Below are positions 14,819 through 30,003 of a stretch of 64,000 bases of DNA, piece after piece. Position numbers and translations under genes: made by a program. This DNA is from Lama guanicoe (Eukaryota). The stretch lies in contig MU053652.1 in NCBI GenBank assembly GCA_013239625.1, positions 4,329,902 to 4,393,901 on the forward strand, read 5' to 3'. The notes below the pieces were generated by a model. That model had not been told where the DNA came from. It saw nothing but the letters and a program-made list of their open reading frames with translations, and made no database searches. Within the stretch, counting starts at the first letter, position 1, and every line of letters begins with the position of its first letter.

Positions 14819-16967
14819 TAAGCTACCTCTCGGGTTATCTTATAGCAGTCATATCCCAGTTTTTCAGTTGCAGTTTACTTCGTGATGGAGAAGGTAGCTT
14901 TTCCACGCAGAGAGGAGGGTGTTGATTATGTGTACGTGCATTCTTAGAATATTTTAAGGCTATATAACTAATTCAGAGTACTTACAGTATTCATAGCACA
15001 AACCTAGATTTTCGGTGGAGACAACACGTTGAAACTAAACATAGTTCCTTTCTGAGTTTTGGGAAAAATAAAAAGGGAGACCAGATAAGCATTGTTATAC
15101 CAAAGAGGTAAATGGAAACTTAAAGGTAGTGTACCTGGATCCAGTCCTGTAACTGGAAGTCAAGGGTCTAGATTGCTTAGTAGTCCTTAACCATTACTGG
15201 TCAGTTTACACTGAATGATTGCCTATCCAGAGGCTAACAGCCAGAATGGTGATGAAGTTCAGAATAATAGAATAATTAGATTAATTCTAGTGGAAAATAC
15301 TTTGAGGAAACTTCAACATGGTGGCTATTTTTAAATATTTGAAAGATTATCTTCTAAAAGAGGGAACCGATTTATTTTATGAGTAATTGATTGTTGACAG
15401 TTTACCGGCTCCTAGAAAGAAGATGCTTTCCAACCATACTTTCTGAAAGCAGTTTGAGATGTCCTATGAGGTAGTGAAATCCTTATAGCTGGTAGTTTAG
15501 ACTGGATTGGAGTATATCAAATAAAAGATGGAGTAATACAACCTGTGTGGTGTCTTTTAAGCCTCAGTGAGTGGCAAACAGCCTTGAAGAAACTGAATGA
15601 CTACTGTGTGTGAACTGACTGTTCTTTCTCACTTCTGTGATCAGGTTCCTTACCAGCCTATGTAACTATGCATTTTCAAGACAGATTTTCTTTTTGAAGC
15701 ATGGGTTTTTGTTATTTCTCTTCATAGGCATAGATAAGAGGCATTAAATCAGTGTCAAACATTCTTCTTAATCACTACTAGTAGTTATTGCTGCCATCTT
15801 GTCATTTTCCAGTCAAATTTAACCTTAATGCTCAAGTGACATAACTTGTCATAGAATGCAGCATCACAGTTATATCAGTGGTATCTTCTAGATATAGAAA
15901 ACTTTTTTAGTAACATTCTTTTCAGTAGGAATGAATTAAAAGGAAAAATTATGTTTGTTAGATTTTCCCCCTACTTTTAAATAAAAGTCTAACTCATCTA
16001 TGGTTTGTAGACTGTCAGGAAGAATCACTGTTTTTTATTCAGATTTGAAGATTTATGGATTGATTACTGTTCTGTTGAATAAAATACCAGGAGATGAGAA
16101 AAATCATAGTCAAGGAATTTTTGACCTAGAAGGGACCTAGTATAATATGTAATCCTTTGGATGTAGGGGAGATGGTTCTGCATTTGGTGGAGATTGTGAC
16201 AGGAGGGAGGCTGAGTGGGGAGGGTCTGGCCCTTCTGTCACCACTTTAAGGTAATTACCTCCTTTTTCTTTTTTAACGTACTTTATTGGAGCTCCAAGTA
16301 AAGATGTTATTTGGAGGAAAAAGGAAGAGGGAAGATTTTTGCAACTATTTAAAAATGAAAGAAAGTCAAACTTAAATTAACTATTATTTTTCTGTTTAAA
16401 GCACTCATTTTTACAGATAATGAAACTGATGCCCTGAGAGAATGTCTTACCCAGCTCTTAGAGTCTGTTGTGATAGAACTAGTTAAATCTCTAATTTCAG
16501 CTCATTCTTCCAAAAAGATATTATGTCCCTATTTCTCAAACTTCTCTGATGAGAAGAACTCCTACAGTGCTTACCAAAAATGAGAGCTACTCTTGACCCA
16601 CTGGATCTCTGGGAAGTTTGAGAATCATTATACTATGCTATATAAAAATAGCTTTGTCATTGGCTTTGTGAAGGAGATTTTTAAAATCTTTGAAGAATTG
16701 TAAGTGAAGAGATGTATTTAAACATCTTTAAACCAATAGGCTGCTAGGAGAAATAATAACTTAAGTTGTAAATGTCCTTGTGAAAGTCAATATGGTGTTC
16801 TAAGCCAAATAAAGAAAAACCAACCATAAATAACAAAATATTGTAATTTAAAAAGCAGTTTTGATCTTTTTAAAAGAATGGAGCCAGTTAGCCTTTTCTG
16901 TGTATGATGTAGACCAATGAATTACCTCAATTCAGCTTTTATTTTCTTCATCTGTATCTTCCCTTGA

Positions 16968-17081
<114 letters not shown>

Positions 17082-17094
17082 TAAGGGGTAAAAC

Positions 17095-17560
17095 AAACAT
17101 AAGATGTTCACATGTTATAAGGGAAAAAACCAAAATTATTTACTTGGAGATGGTCTTATCTACCTAGAAAAGCCAAAGGAATGAACTGAAAGTTATTAAA
17201 ATTAGTAAGTTTATCAAAGTTGCTGCACACATAGAATAAATATCCTAAAGTAAATAGATTTTCACTGTATCAGTAATACCATTTAGCAGTTATAATGGGA
17301 AAAACACCATTCAAGTTAGCAACCAAAACCATAACCTACGAAGTTTCCTTAAAGAGTATTGTAAAAATGTCAGCTTTTCTTAAATTACATTTATGGTGTA
17401 ATAACAATGAACATACCAATGGGATTTGTAGGGAAACGTGACAAAATGATTCTAAAGTTTATCTCTAGTGATATGCTGGTATAATATCTAAGAAATTTTA
17501 GGAGAGAAGAATAAGAGACAACTTGCCTTATCTCTTAATAAAGCTTCAAAATTATTATAG
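17095..17560 (+). mobile_element. Old, degraded L1 ORF2 fragment
   Basis: ctacctagaaaagccaaagga...aaattagtaagtttatcaaagttgc; gacaaaatgattctaaagtttat. Confidence 0.55.
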
Positions 17561-17894
17561 CTTTATATTATAAAAGTATAATTAAATATAATCTATTATA
17601 TAATACATATAATCTATAATGTCTATAATATCCTAATTATTATAAAAGTAAATGGAAAAAATTGTGGTATTGTTTTCTACTCCACAATAATTATATAGTA
17701 AAAAGGTTTATGCAGTCTTAGCTAGGATGCAGTAAGATCGAGGAAAGTAATTTGATAATATGAATTTTAAAATTTTTACCATTTTGAATAACTTTCAGAA
17801 TGTATTATAAGGAAATAAACATAGATTGAGACAGGTTGATACACAAGGGTGTATGTTGCACTGTTTGCTGTAAGTTTGTATTTTTAATGACTAG

Positions 17895-18014
<120 letters not shown>

Positions 18015-18239
18015 TAAGAAAGGAGATGCCAGATTCCTGACCTGGGTTGAAAGCTCAAATGAGACCGTTATGTGTTGAAGTAAGGAAGTATTTTTTTTCT
18101 GCAACTTCCAAGTAACTCCTATAGGCTCCCTCTGTCGGGAGACTAATTTAGGCCCATTACAATTTGCATAGGCAAATTGTAAGAATTTATTTTTTGTCAA
18201 AAGACCCTATAAATGTAATTAATTCTTTTGGTCTGTAGA

Positions 18240-18428
18240 TAGTGATTCTCAATCTTTTAACATGCATCAGAGTCGTCTGTAATACTTACCAAAGCGCAGA
18301 TTGCTGGGTCCCATCCCCACAGTGTCTGATGGATTGGGTCTTGAGTAGGACCCAAGTATTTACATTTCTAGTAAGTTCCCAGAATGCTGCTGTTTATTAT
18401 TTCAAGGACCACACTTTCAGAATCATTG
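18240..18428. mobile_element. MER5A-like hAT-Charlie MITE
   Basis: agtgattctcaa...gattgctgggtcccatcccca...ggaccacactttcagaatcattg with imperfect terminal inverted repeats. Confidence 0.6.
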
Positions 18429-18902
18429 CTATATCATGTATGGGTATCAAAAATAATAATGAAGCCTAGTCAGTGACCAGGTGAAATCAAACTTTCTTTA
18501 AAGTCAAGAGGAGCCTAATGATTAAAAAAGCATTAGAATTACTTTATTCAAAGAGTGATCCTTTCTGGGTTACATAATTTATAAATGTGAGACTCTTATA
18601 GGTATAACTGGAATATCAGAGTCATAGTTGTGTAAAAAACATATGGAAGAAGTTAAAACAGGCATTTTAGCTTATTCTTGTCTATAAGTATCTTTTTTTG
18701 AATTGGTGCAATGTTTTCCTTATGTAATTAGGGGAGCCCTGTTACATGCCATTCTTTTAGCCTATTAACAATAACCCTATTTCACAGTAAATGAAAGAAA
18801 ATCTGCAAAAGGTAAAAATACCCCGATTCAAAGAAAATTAGATTTTTATTGAGTTGAGCTTTTTAAAATTAAATAATTTTTTTTCCTTTAAAGAGGTTGG
18901 GT

Positions 18903-19030
18903 TCTTCTTCTCCTTCTCCTCCCCCTCCTCCATGGTTGTGTTTCTTCTCCTTCTCCTCCCCCTCCTCCCCCCTCCTCCTTTCCCTCCTCCTCCTCCCCCC
19001 CTCCTCCCCCTTCTCCTCTTCCTCTTCTTC
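18903..19030 (+). repeat. C/T-rich low-complexity tract ((CCT)n/(CTT)n-like)
   Basis: Nearly pure pyrimidine apart from one short interruption. Confidence 0.9.
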
Positions 19031-19563
19031 AAATTAGTGGATCCTCGAACTGGGCAAATAGTTGGATTTGATATATTGTAAATAGGACCCTATTGTGTAT
19101 CATTGGGTTCAGACTAGAACCATGAAAAATACCTTTGGTAGACCAGACTTCCTAAAGCTTCTGCCTTTTAATGCTAGATATGAAACAGTACTTGATTTCT
19201 TGTAGTAAACTCAGACAGCCTGAATGGTTTTTTTGTTTTTGTTTTTTTAATTTGGAAGAAACTGTATGTTAAGGTTTATTAAAACAAATGAAAAGAACAG
19301 TTGTAATGCTCCACACCCACAGCCCATAAACAGAGTTAGATGAAATTTGCATGTTATAGTGGAAGTGGCTTAAAGATGGTAAAAAATTGATAGGATGATT
19401 TAAACTATGTGCTATGTGTTTGTTTGAATGAAATTGGAGGAAAAGATGTTGAGTCTTAAAAATAACTACTATCTGGTTTTCTTTAATTGGTGAGAATGAT
19501 ACTAAGTAAGCTAGCAGGAATCAGGGTTCTGGGTCCTTGATGAAATTGGTCTTCTTTCACTAA

Positions 19564-19713
<150 letters not shown>

Positions 19714-19801
19714 TAAAGTGAGAAGGAACTGTCTTCTAGGTTCATAGGAAGATTCATTTTGTTGATATGGTTTAAATAGCATTTAAAAGAGGAACAGAAC
19801 C

Positions 19802-22800
19802 CACAACCACACAAAATTTATGGGACGCAGCAAAAGCAGTGCTAAGAGGGATTTATAGCAATACAGGCCTTCCTCAAAAAAGAACAATCCCATATGAACA
19901 ATCTAACTCACCAGCTAAAAGAATTAGGAAGAGAAGAGCAAAAAAACCCAAAAGTCAGCAGAAGGAAGGAAATAATAAAGATCAGGGAGGAAATAAATAA
20001 AATAGAGATTAAAAAAAATAGAAAAAATCAGTCAAACCAAAAGCTGATTTTTTGAAAGAGTAAATAAAATCGACAAGCCTCTGGCCAAACTCACAAAGAA
20101 GAAAAAAGAGCACAAATAAGTAAAATAAGAAAGGAAAATGGAGAAATTACAACAAATAACGTAGAAATACAGAATATCATATGAGAATATTATGAAAAAC
20201 TATATGGAACCAAAATGGATAACCTAGAGGAGATGAACAAATTTCTGGAAACATAAAGTCCACCAAGACTGAATCAAGAAGAAACTGACCACTTGAACAA
20301 ACCGATCACTAGAAATGAAATCAAATTAGCAATAAAAAATCTCCCTACAAAAAACCTCCCCTAAAGCCTACAAAGATGGCTTTACCAGGGAATTCTACCA
20401 AACATACAAAGAAGAACTCATACCAGTCCTTCTCAAACTCTTCCAGAAGATTGAAAAGGAGGGAATACTCCCAAACTCATTCTATGAAGCCACCATCACC
20501 CTGATACCAAAACCAGGCAAAGAAAAGAGAATTATAGGCCAATATCACTGATGAACATAAATGCAAAAATCCTCACCAAAATATTAGCAAATAGAATCCA
20601 ACAGCACATAAAAAAGATTACACATCATGATCAAGTGGGGTTCATCCCAGGGACACAAAGGTGGTTCAACATATGCATATCAATCAATGTAATACATCCT
20701 ATCAGCGAGCGTAAGGACAAAAAACACATGATCATCTCAATAGATGCAGAAAAGGCATTTGATAAAATTCAACACCCATTTATGATAAAAACTCTCACCA
20801 AAGTGGGTATAGAGGGAACATATCTCAACATAATAAAAGCTATATATGACAAACCTACAGCCAGCATAGTACTCAATGGTGAAAAACTCAAAAGCTTCCC
20901 ACTAAAATATGGGACAAAACAAGGCTGCCCACTATCACCACTCCTATTCAACATAGTCTTGGAAGTCCTAGCCGCAGCAATTAGGGAAGAGAGAGAAATA
21001 AAAAGGATCCAAATTGGAAAAGAAGAGGTAAAAGTGTCACTATATGCAGATGACATGATACTATATTTAGAAAACCCTAAAAGGTCCACACAAAAACTAC
21101 TAGAAATAATTGAAGAATTCAGCAAGTTAGTAGGTTACAAGATTAACGTTCAAAAATTAGTTGCATTTCTTTACACTAACAATGAATCAACAGAAAAAGA
21201 AAGTAAAGAAACAATCCCCTTTAAAATAGCACCCAAAGTAATAAAATACCTAGGAATAAAAATCTAACCAAGAAGGTGAAAGGCTTATACATGGAAAACT
21301 ATAAAACACTGATTAAGGAAATTAAAGAAGACTTAAAAAAATGGAAAGATATCCCATGCTCCTGGATTGGAAGAATTAGTATTGTTAAAATGGTCACACT
21401 GCCCAAGGCAATCTACAGATTTAATGCAATCCCTATCAAATTACCCAGGACATATCTCACAGAACTAGAACAAATCATAATAAAATTTATATGGAACCAC
21501 AAAAGACCTAGAATTGCCAGAATATTACTGAAGAAAAAGAAAGGCTGGAGGAATAACTCTCCCAGACTTCAGACAATACTACAGAGCTACAATCATCAAG
21601 ACAGCATGATATTGGTACAAAAACAGACATCTAGACCAATGGAACAGAATAGAGAGCCCAGAAATGAACCCACAAACTTTTGGTCAACTAATCTTCGACA
21701 AAGGAGGCAAGAATATACAATGGAATAAAGACAGTCTCTTCAGCAAATGGTGTTGGGAAAACTGGACAGCAGCATGTGAAGCAATGAAGCTAGAACACTC
21801 CCTTACATCATACACAAAAATAAACTGAAAATGGATCAAAGACTTAAACATAAGACAAAATACAATAAACCTCCTAGAAGAAAATATAGGCGAAACATTA
21901 TCTGACATACATCTCAAAAATGTTCTTCTAGGGCAGTCTACCTAAGCAATAGAAATAAAAGCAAGAATAAACAAATGGGACCTAGTTAAACTTACAAGCT
22001 TCAACACAGCAAAGGAAACCATAAGTAAAACAAAACCAAAACCTACGGAATGGGAGAAAATTTTTGCAAATGAAACCGACAAAGGCTTGATGTCCAGAAT
22101 ATATAAGCAGCTCATACAACTTAAGAAAAAAACAAACAACCCAATCCAAAAATGGGCAAAAGACCTAAACAAGCAATTCTCCAAGGAAGACATACAAATG
22201 ATCAATAGGCACATGAAAAAATGCTCAATATCACTAATTGTCAGAGAAATACAAATCAAAGCTACAATGAGGTATCACCTCACACCAGTCAGAATGGCCG
22301 TCATTCAAAAGTCCACAAATGACAAATGCTGGAGAGGCTGTGGAGAAAAGGGAACCCTCCTACACTGCTGTTGGGAATGCAGTTTGGTACAGCTACTGTG
22401 GAAAACAGTGTGGAGATTCTTCAAAAGACTAGGAATAGACTTACCATATGACCCTGGGCGTATATCCAGAAGGAACCCTACTTCAGAAAGACACCTGCAC
22501 CCCAATGTTCATAGCAGCACTATTTACAATAGCTAAGACATGGAAACAGCCTAAGTGTCCATGGACAGATGACTGGATAAAGAAGTGGTATATTTATACA
22601 ATGGAATACTATTCAGCCATAAAATGACAACATAACGCCGTTTGCAGCAACATGGATGTTCCTGGAGAATGTCATTCTAAGTGAAGTAAGCCAGAAAGAG
22701 AAAGAAAAATGCCATATGAGGTTGCTCATATGTGAAATCTAAAAGAAACAAAACATAAATACAAAACAGAAAAACAGACAGAATACAAACTTGTGGTTGC

Positions 22801-23040
22801 CAAGGGGGTGGGGGATGGGAAGGGACAGACTGTGATTTCAAAATGTAGAATAGATAAACAAGATTATACTGTATAACACAGGGAAATATATACAAGATCT
22901 TATGGTAACTCACAATGAAAAAAATGTGACAATGAATATGTGTATATGTTCATGTATAACTGGAAAATTGTGCTCTACACTGGAATTTGACACATTGTAA
23001 AATGACTATAACTCAGTAAAAAAAAGTGTAAAAAAGAAAA
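19802..23040 (+). mobile_element. 5'-truncated LINE-1 (about 3.2 kb; disrupted ORF2 RT and C-terminal domain, 3'UTR, A-tail)
   Basis: ORF2 peptides incl. [10 protein letters not shown] and YADD (21043-21054); stops/frameshifts; perfect 17-bp TSD AAAAGAGGAACAGAACC at 19785-19801 and 23041-23057; TTT|AAAA endonuclease site. Confidence 0.97.
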
Positions 23041-23706
23041 AAAAGAGGAACAGAACCATCGAAATAAATGTTTATGATTTTAGGTTTGCTAAGAAAACAG
23101 GCTGTGGGGAAATACATTGAAAGGCCAAAAAAGTAGAGAGAGGTTAACAGTATGAATTCTAGAGTTGCTGGGTGACCTGATCAATACTGGCAGAATGTTA
23201 TTGACAAAGCCAATTAACCCTGATAGCTTTAGTTTCTCCTTTGATAATGTACTTCCTTTATGCCTTTTTTTTTTTTAATATAAACTGAGGGTAGTGTGAC
23301 GACCAGAGGGCATGTTTTGAGAAGTGCTTTTCAGACTTCAAGAGAGAAACACCAAGTATCCTTAAGTATTCAGTGGTATCAAATATTGCCATTTCCTTAA
23401 CTCTAGTCCTTTTGTTCAAGATCTTCCAACTTTTTGGAACTATCTTTAAACATCTCTTCCTCTAAAACTCATTCTAATTCTTTTCATCCTTAATCAGAAA
23501 GTGTAGAGTTTAGGAAAATGTGTATCTTTTCGTTTTGTAAAGTTAGACGTGCTCCTCTTTTCTAAAGAGTCACTGTGCTTCCCTTAAGAAGTAGTTGTGT
23601 TTTAGTGATGGACAGTATATTGAACCTCTGCACATATACACACATTTACTCACCAGAATCAGGCCATGTGTGTATCTATAAAGAAAGCTTTTTCAAAATT
23701 ATTTAA

Positions 23707-23958
<252 letters not shown>

Positions 23959-24511
23959 TGAGAGGGAAAATGTACAAAAGTGTACAGAATTTGAAAAAGG
24001 AACTTTCAGAACAAAAACGCTGCTTATGAAACACTTCTATTTATTAAATACAAACTAAAAACTATTTGAAAGAAATAAGTAGTGCCTATAGTCAGAATGT
24101 TGTTTATAAGGCAGATAGCCTGTAATCTGTATAGTGACAGTCCACAAAGCAACATATTTCAGTGTGAAATTAGGAAAAGAGAATGACTTCAGTTCTCAAC
24201 TCTTATATACTGACATTAAGCATTTTGTATTAATTTTACTTTTTTAAATGTGGCAAGTCAAACTTTGCTATTTCTAGCCCAAAGGGATTTTACTCTTTCT
24301 TAACCATAGTTAGTTGTTCACGTAAGTCTCTTATTTGTCAAGAAATAAATTTGACTCTTTCAGTCACCAAGATTGTTAGGTAATTATGATGGTGTGACTC
24401 ACTTTACGTGGTTCTTTGAGATCATATTCACATCTAAAACTATTCTATATGAGATGCGTATGACTAGCGACTTAATTCACTAAGTAACTTGTGTTGGTGT
24501 TAACCTTACGG

Positions 24512-24800
24512 CAGGGCCAGAACTAGATTTAGGCAAGTGAGATGCCTTGGGCACAAACTTGAAAAGGCGAGGCAAAATGGCAATCCTTTATTTGCAGGAC
24601 TCAGAGCAAGTACCTTCTCAGATTATGCACTCATGCTGTGAGGAAAATTACTGCAGAGCCTCAGGTTAGACCCCACCCACCCAACCTGAAGTGACCCTTC
24701 TCCACCTGGGTAGAGCATCTATCAGGCTGACCCTGACAGTGAGTGCCTCCTCAAATTCTGCACCTCAGATGCCTTACTCTTAAGAAAGTTCTTACCCTCA
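24512..24800. mobile_element. hAT-Tip100 (MER96-like) DNA transposon remnant
   Basis: Starts cagggccagaactag...aggcaagtgag...gggcacaaa; inverted partner aaattctgcacc...gccttactc; family name from recall. Confidence 0.35.
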
Positions 24801-25182
24801 GCCAGGGTCATGCTATTTCAGTGTCAGTTGGCACTTACACAACCATGCCTCCTTAAATTGTAGATTTGATTAAAGTTGGTACAGGTACATATTTTAACAG
24901 AATTTTAATTTTTTAGTGATTATCCACATTTTCTCTACCCTGAATACAAACAGCATGTATTCTTATATTTAGGCTGTGTTCCCCTGTGGTCAAATGTCTC
25001 CTTCAGAGCAATACATTCTAAGTCCAGTATAATATGATTTAATATCCCTCTTATATTGGAGGATTCCCCCATAACTTTTATATTATTTTATTCCTGCTAA
25101 TTATGTGACTGATCCAGTAGCATAGGGTAGCATCTTATATAGGAAATTCTGAAGTTGTACATGTGACAAAAATCCTGTAAAT

Positions 25183-25388
25183 CTGAGGTCAGTAAACTAC
25201 AGCCAGTAGGCCTGACACTTGTTTTTGTAAGTAAAGTTTTACTGAGAGATAGTCATGCTTATTCATTTAAATATTGTTTATCGGCCATCTTTTTGCTACA
25301 ATGGCAAAGTTGAGTAGTCAGAAGATGTATGGCCAGAGCCTAAAATTTTTGCTATCTGGCACTTAGGGAAAAAGTTTGTCAACCCCTA
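25183..25388. mobile_element. MER58A-like hAT-Charlie MITE
   Basis: TIR-like gaggtcagtaaact ... agtttgtcaacccct; internal gtaaagttttactg and ctacaatggcaaagttgagtagt. Confidence 0.7.
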
Positions 25389-26201
25389 ACATATCATTTA
25401 TTAAGTGTAGCATTTAGTTTTGAGTATACAACACTGAACAGATTCATAGCTCTCACCTCATGTTCTTTTCATGGTATATGCTGATAAGAGTCAGTTACTC
25501 TACCCTTCAGCCCCCAACAAGCTCACAGAGTTGAATTTATATAATAAGATCAATACAAAAAAAGAAAATCAATACATATGTGTTGTGAGGGCATTTTAAA
25601 TAGATGAATGTTCAGAGGCCTTTTGAAGGATAGTAGGATTAAAATCCTCAACAAATCATTTAATTTAAATGTTTATAAGGCATTGAAATTTTTACTTTGT
25701 AGAGATCCAGACATCTTGATTGGAACACTGGTTTTTACTCAAATGATTAAATAGAGGAGTTTAGAAACAACTCAAAGTTTAAACAATGCTTTCATTCTCT
25801 TAGATGAAGGCATTTGATATTTTGTCCCTGCTAAGTCCATTAAAAAAGAATAGTTATCTAATGCAAATAAGAACTTTCAGGTTGAAAAATTTAGGTATAC
25901 TATGCTAGGGTTTTGCAAATATTATGCCAGCTTTGGATAATAAGTCTTTAATGGCTTCCAGCTTGAAATATTATACAGCTCTCTTACAGCATTGTTTTGG
26001 AAATATAAAAGGTCAAAGGCTTGAAAGAACTCTAAATAGAGTACTTGAAAGTTATTGAGGAATTGAGCCCTATTTTCAAAAAATGTTGCCAACAAGCTTT
26101 ACCACACTGTCTTAAAGAGAAGAGACCAACCTATCTCTGAATTTCTTCTTCTGGACAGCTGCCTAAGCTGACACTTTTTGAGGGGTAAAGAGTTGAACTA
26201 A

Positions 26202-26357
<156 letters not shown>

Positions 26358-27235
26358 TAGATGTGTTGGGTGTGTTGGGCTTGTGGGGTATAAAGGCCTA
26401 GCAGTGTGTTCACCATGTCTTTAATTATGTTGCTTCTTTATGTGCTCCCCACGCCTGCACCTGCCGTATGTGTGTCAATTTCCTAATAACAGAGAGGTAG
26501 AACTGAATTTGCTAGTTGTTCTCTGGACAAGCCTGCTTGGGAGAATGAGAGAGAAACTGACCGTGCAAATGTGCTGGTCATTACAGCTATTACTGCCTAA
26601 TTTATACTCTCCAGAGATAGGATTTTTTTTTTTTTTGAGGGTAGGGAGGTGGGCAAGTGGATTTAAAATAAAGGCTTTCTAGGTTCAAGCACAATTCTAT
26701 TTTTGAGTTCTTGCCTGAAATAGCCAGTGAATGAGTTTACTTAGCAGGGATAGTCTTAGGATAAAGAGCAGGCATTGGAAAAGGCTCCTGATATACTGCT
26801 TTTTCCTCCCTCTCCTGTTCACAGTGGGGGAAATATATTAGGGAGTTAAATCATGATACTTCTTTTCCCAAGATGTCTTTCCTTTTAGAATTGACATTTC
26901 ATTATTATCATTATTAAAACTTCATCTACTCTCTTAGTGGACCAGACCATATCTAGTACATAAGCAAGTATTCACTTTCAGAAACATCTAAAACTTTAAG
27001 ATGACATCTATCCAGTTTCATCGGCTAAAAATCTGTACCCTCAAACCTTTCTGAAATGTGGACTTCATATGTGAAGACTGTTTATGTTAACTTAGATTTA
27101 TGTCTTCTCTTTCTTGATCTGATTCTCTCTGCAGTCTTTTTCTTATTTGTGCTTCCTCCTCTTTGTTCTCTTTGTATATGTTATTTAGCAGGTCTGAGTC
27201 TTGTGGCATTTATTTTAAAATCACCTTTGTTTTAG

Positions 27236-27330
27236 GCACTGTGCATCCCCACTTTTCAGCTTTTGGAACAGCAGAATGGGCTCCAGAATCACCCGGACAC
27301 TGTAGATGACCTATTCAGGCTTGCCACCAG
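27236..27330 (+). CDS. TNPO3: Transportin-3 exon 18
   Basis: ttttag|GCACTG...ACCAG|gtcagt; 95 nt; [31 protein letters not shown]. Confidence 0.95.
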
Positions 27331-28239
27331 GTCAGTCCTTCTGAAGAGTAGCCCTTTCTTTTATTGCTCATCCCCATTGGTGCTTAATTTTGTCAGCTAA
27401 TATTTTACTGTTTCCTTCTCTCTAAAATGAGGTAAGGAGTGTAGGTAGATTAATGATTCATAATCCAAAGTTAAATCGTGAACCAGAATATCCCCATAAA
27501 TGAAGAAGGAGGAGTTGGTTGAGGGTAGAGGAAAGTAGCTGAGTTCCTTTTGTGAGGAAGGGAACACACACAAGACAATAAAAATGAACTTTGTAAGAAC
27601 TTTTGGCTAAATAGTCTCTAGAATCCCATGTAGTTTTAACATTATATGCTACTATGTCACGCTTCACTTCAACTTTTTTCTTGAGAAGATTAGCATCCTT
27701 TAGATATAATCATATCTCAGAATAAAAAATTATTAGGCTTTTAAGGTGCCTTAGAAGTTAGTGGTACTATATTTATCAGCCCTGCCCCTAGCCTGCCACC
27801 CCATTTATTGCTTAAATAAGTGATAATACTGACTTTATTGCTGAACCTTTGTATTCTTAGTCCTTTGCTAAGAAATTTGAACCAGATCAATTAGTGAACA
27901 TAAAAATGTTAAAAAAAAATAAGCCATTATTAAGGATATATAAGTATACATGTAATATATGTATTTTATCATTTATAAATGTAAAGTAGTATTGACTATT
28001 TCATCTCAGGATTGAATAATGAACACTTTTGTTAGGTTTTTTTTGTGGGGGAGTCAGTAATTTGGTTGATTGATTGATTGCTGGAGGAGCTGGGGGTTGA
28101 ATGTTGTTAGTTTTTGGACAAATTAGAAAAACTTTTTTTTTTTTTTTGAATTGGTGTGAGAGAATTGTTGGATGGGCTATCAACCTATTTTCCTGGTGTG
28201 TTTTTTGAAAAACTAATCTCTAGAGATGATCTTTGCACA

Positions 28240-28713
<474 letters not shown>

Positions 28714-29793
28714 TGATCTTCTCATATCTCTTTCTCATTCCTCGAGGGGATAACCAGCATCTCTTTATTTGATCTGCTTTGGTAGGCATATCCCATAGTG
28801 AATCAATTTACTAACTAAAATGTCAACTAGTAGATTTAAGACAACCTGTACTAAGTGTTGTAAGCAGTGTAAACTAGCCTAAAATTATCTCTGCTCCCAA
28901 GCCATTTGTTGTCTAATTGAAGAGAGAAACAGGTATAAAGAATTAAACAACAACAAGAAGGCAGTGTTTGATTGTCAGATGAGTGATAAAAAGTCATGAC
29001 TGTTATGAGATGAGAGGAGGGAAAGCTCTTCAGAAGTAGGTTGGGATAACTTTCTGGAAGAATAGGGACCTCTTTGGGGCCACTTGGTTGGATTGGAGAG
29101 GGAAGGATAGTCTAACTGCTATAAAGCATGATCAGATAGTCAGGATAGTACTAAGTGTATTAATAGACACTTAAGATACCAGTTTGACTGGCGTAGTAAA
29201 GTGGTTCACAAGATTTTCAAAGGTAGGTTTGAATAGAATTTAAGATAAGGGAGAGCAGTAAAGAAGTAAGCTGGTATGTGAATAGGCTAATTATTGAAGA
29301 ATTTCAGCAGTAAAGAGAAAGGGAAAAGAAAATAACTAGAAGTGAAAGGCACTTGAAAAGTTATTTTTTTGTGCAACATATTAGAAATATGTATATTCAG
29401 AGACTAAGAAGGAAGAAAATAAGCATGATTTTTTTTGATAGAAGAGACTAGATATCTGATAGAAATCTTCAATTCTTTTTTCAGTTGATTTTTTAAAAAT
29501 AAAATAGGGATACTTTATTTTTCATGTGAAAAAAAAGGTTAAGAAAATTGCTGTTCTTAATCTTTAACCACTATTTCTCTCCTGCCTTCTGTTCATGGGG
29601 AAATTAAGGGTCAAGTTTACTCTCGGGTGAAACCTATATTTCTTTGAAACTAACATCTTAATATTTTCTTCCTGACAGAACATTTAGTGGACTTTGTGGT
29701 TCCAGCTGCTATATATATACTTTCTTCCCCAGGAAAGAGAAATTGCTGTACTTAAGGGGAAAGGGTACTTGGTCTTTGGAAAAATTTAATTAG

Positions 29794-30003
<210 letters not shown>

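Noticed and set aside
18838..19081. Arg/Gly-rich and Pro/Leu-rich ORFs
   Set aside because: Translation artefacts of the C/T low-complexity tract
20551..22536. Functional reverse transcriptase or novel RT system
   Set aside because: Ordinary L1 ORF2 pieces split by stops and frameshifts; no 5'UTR, ORF1 or endonuclease domain
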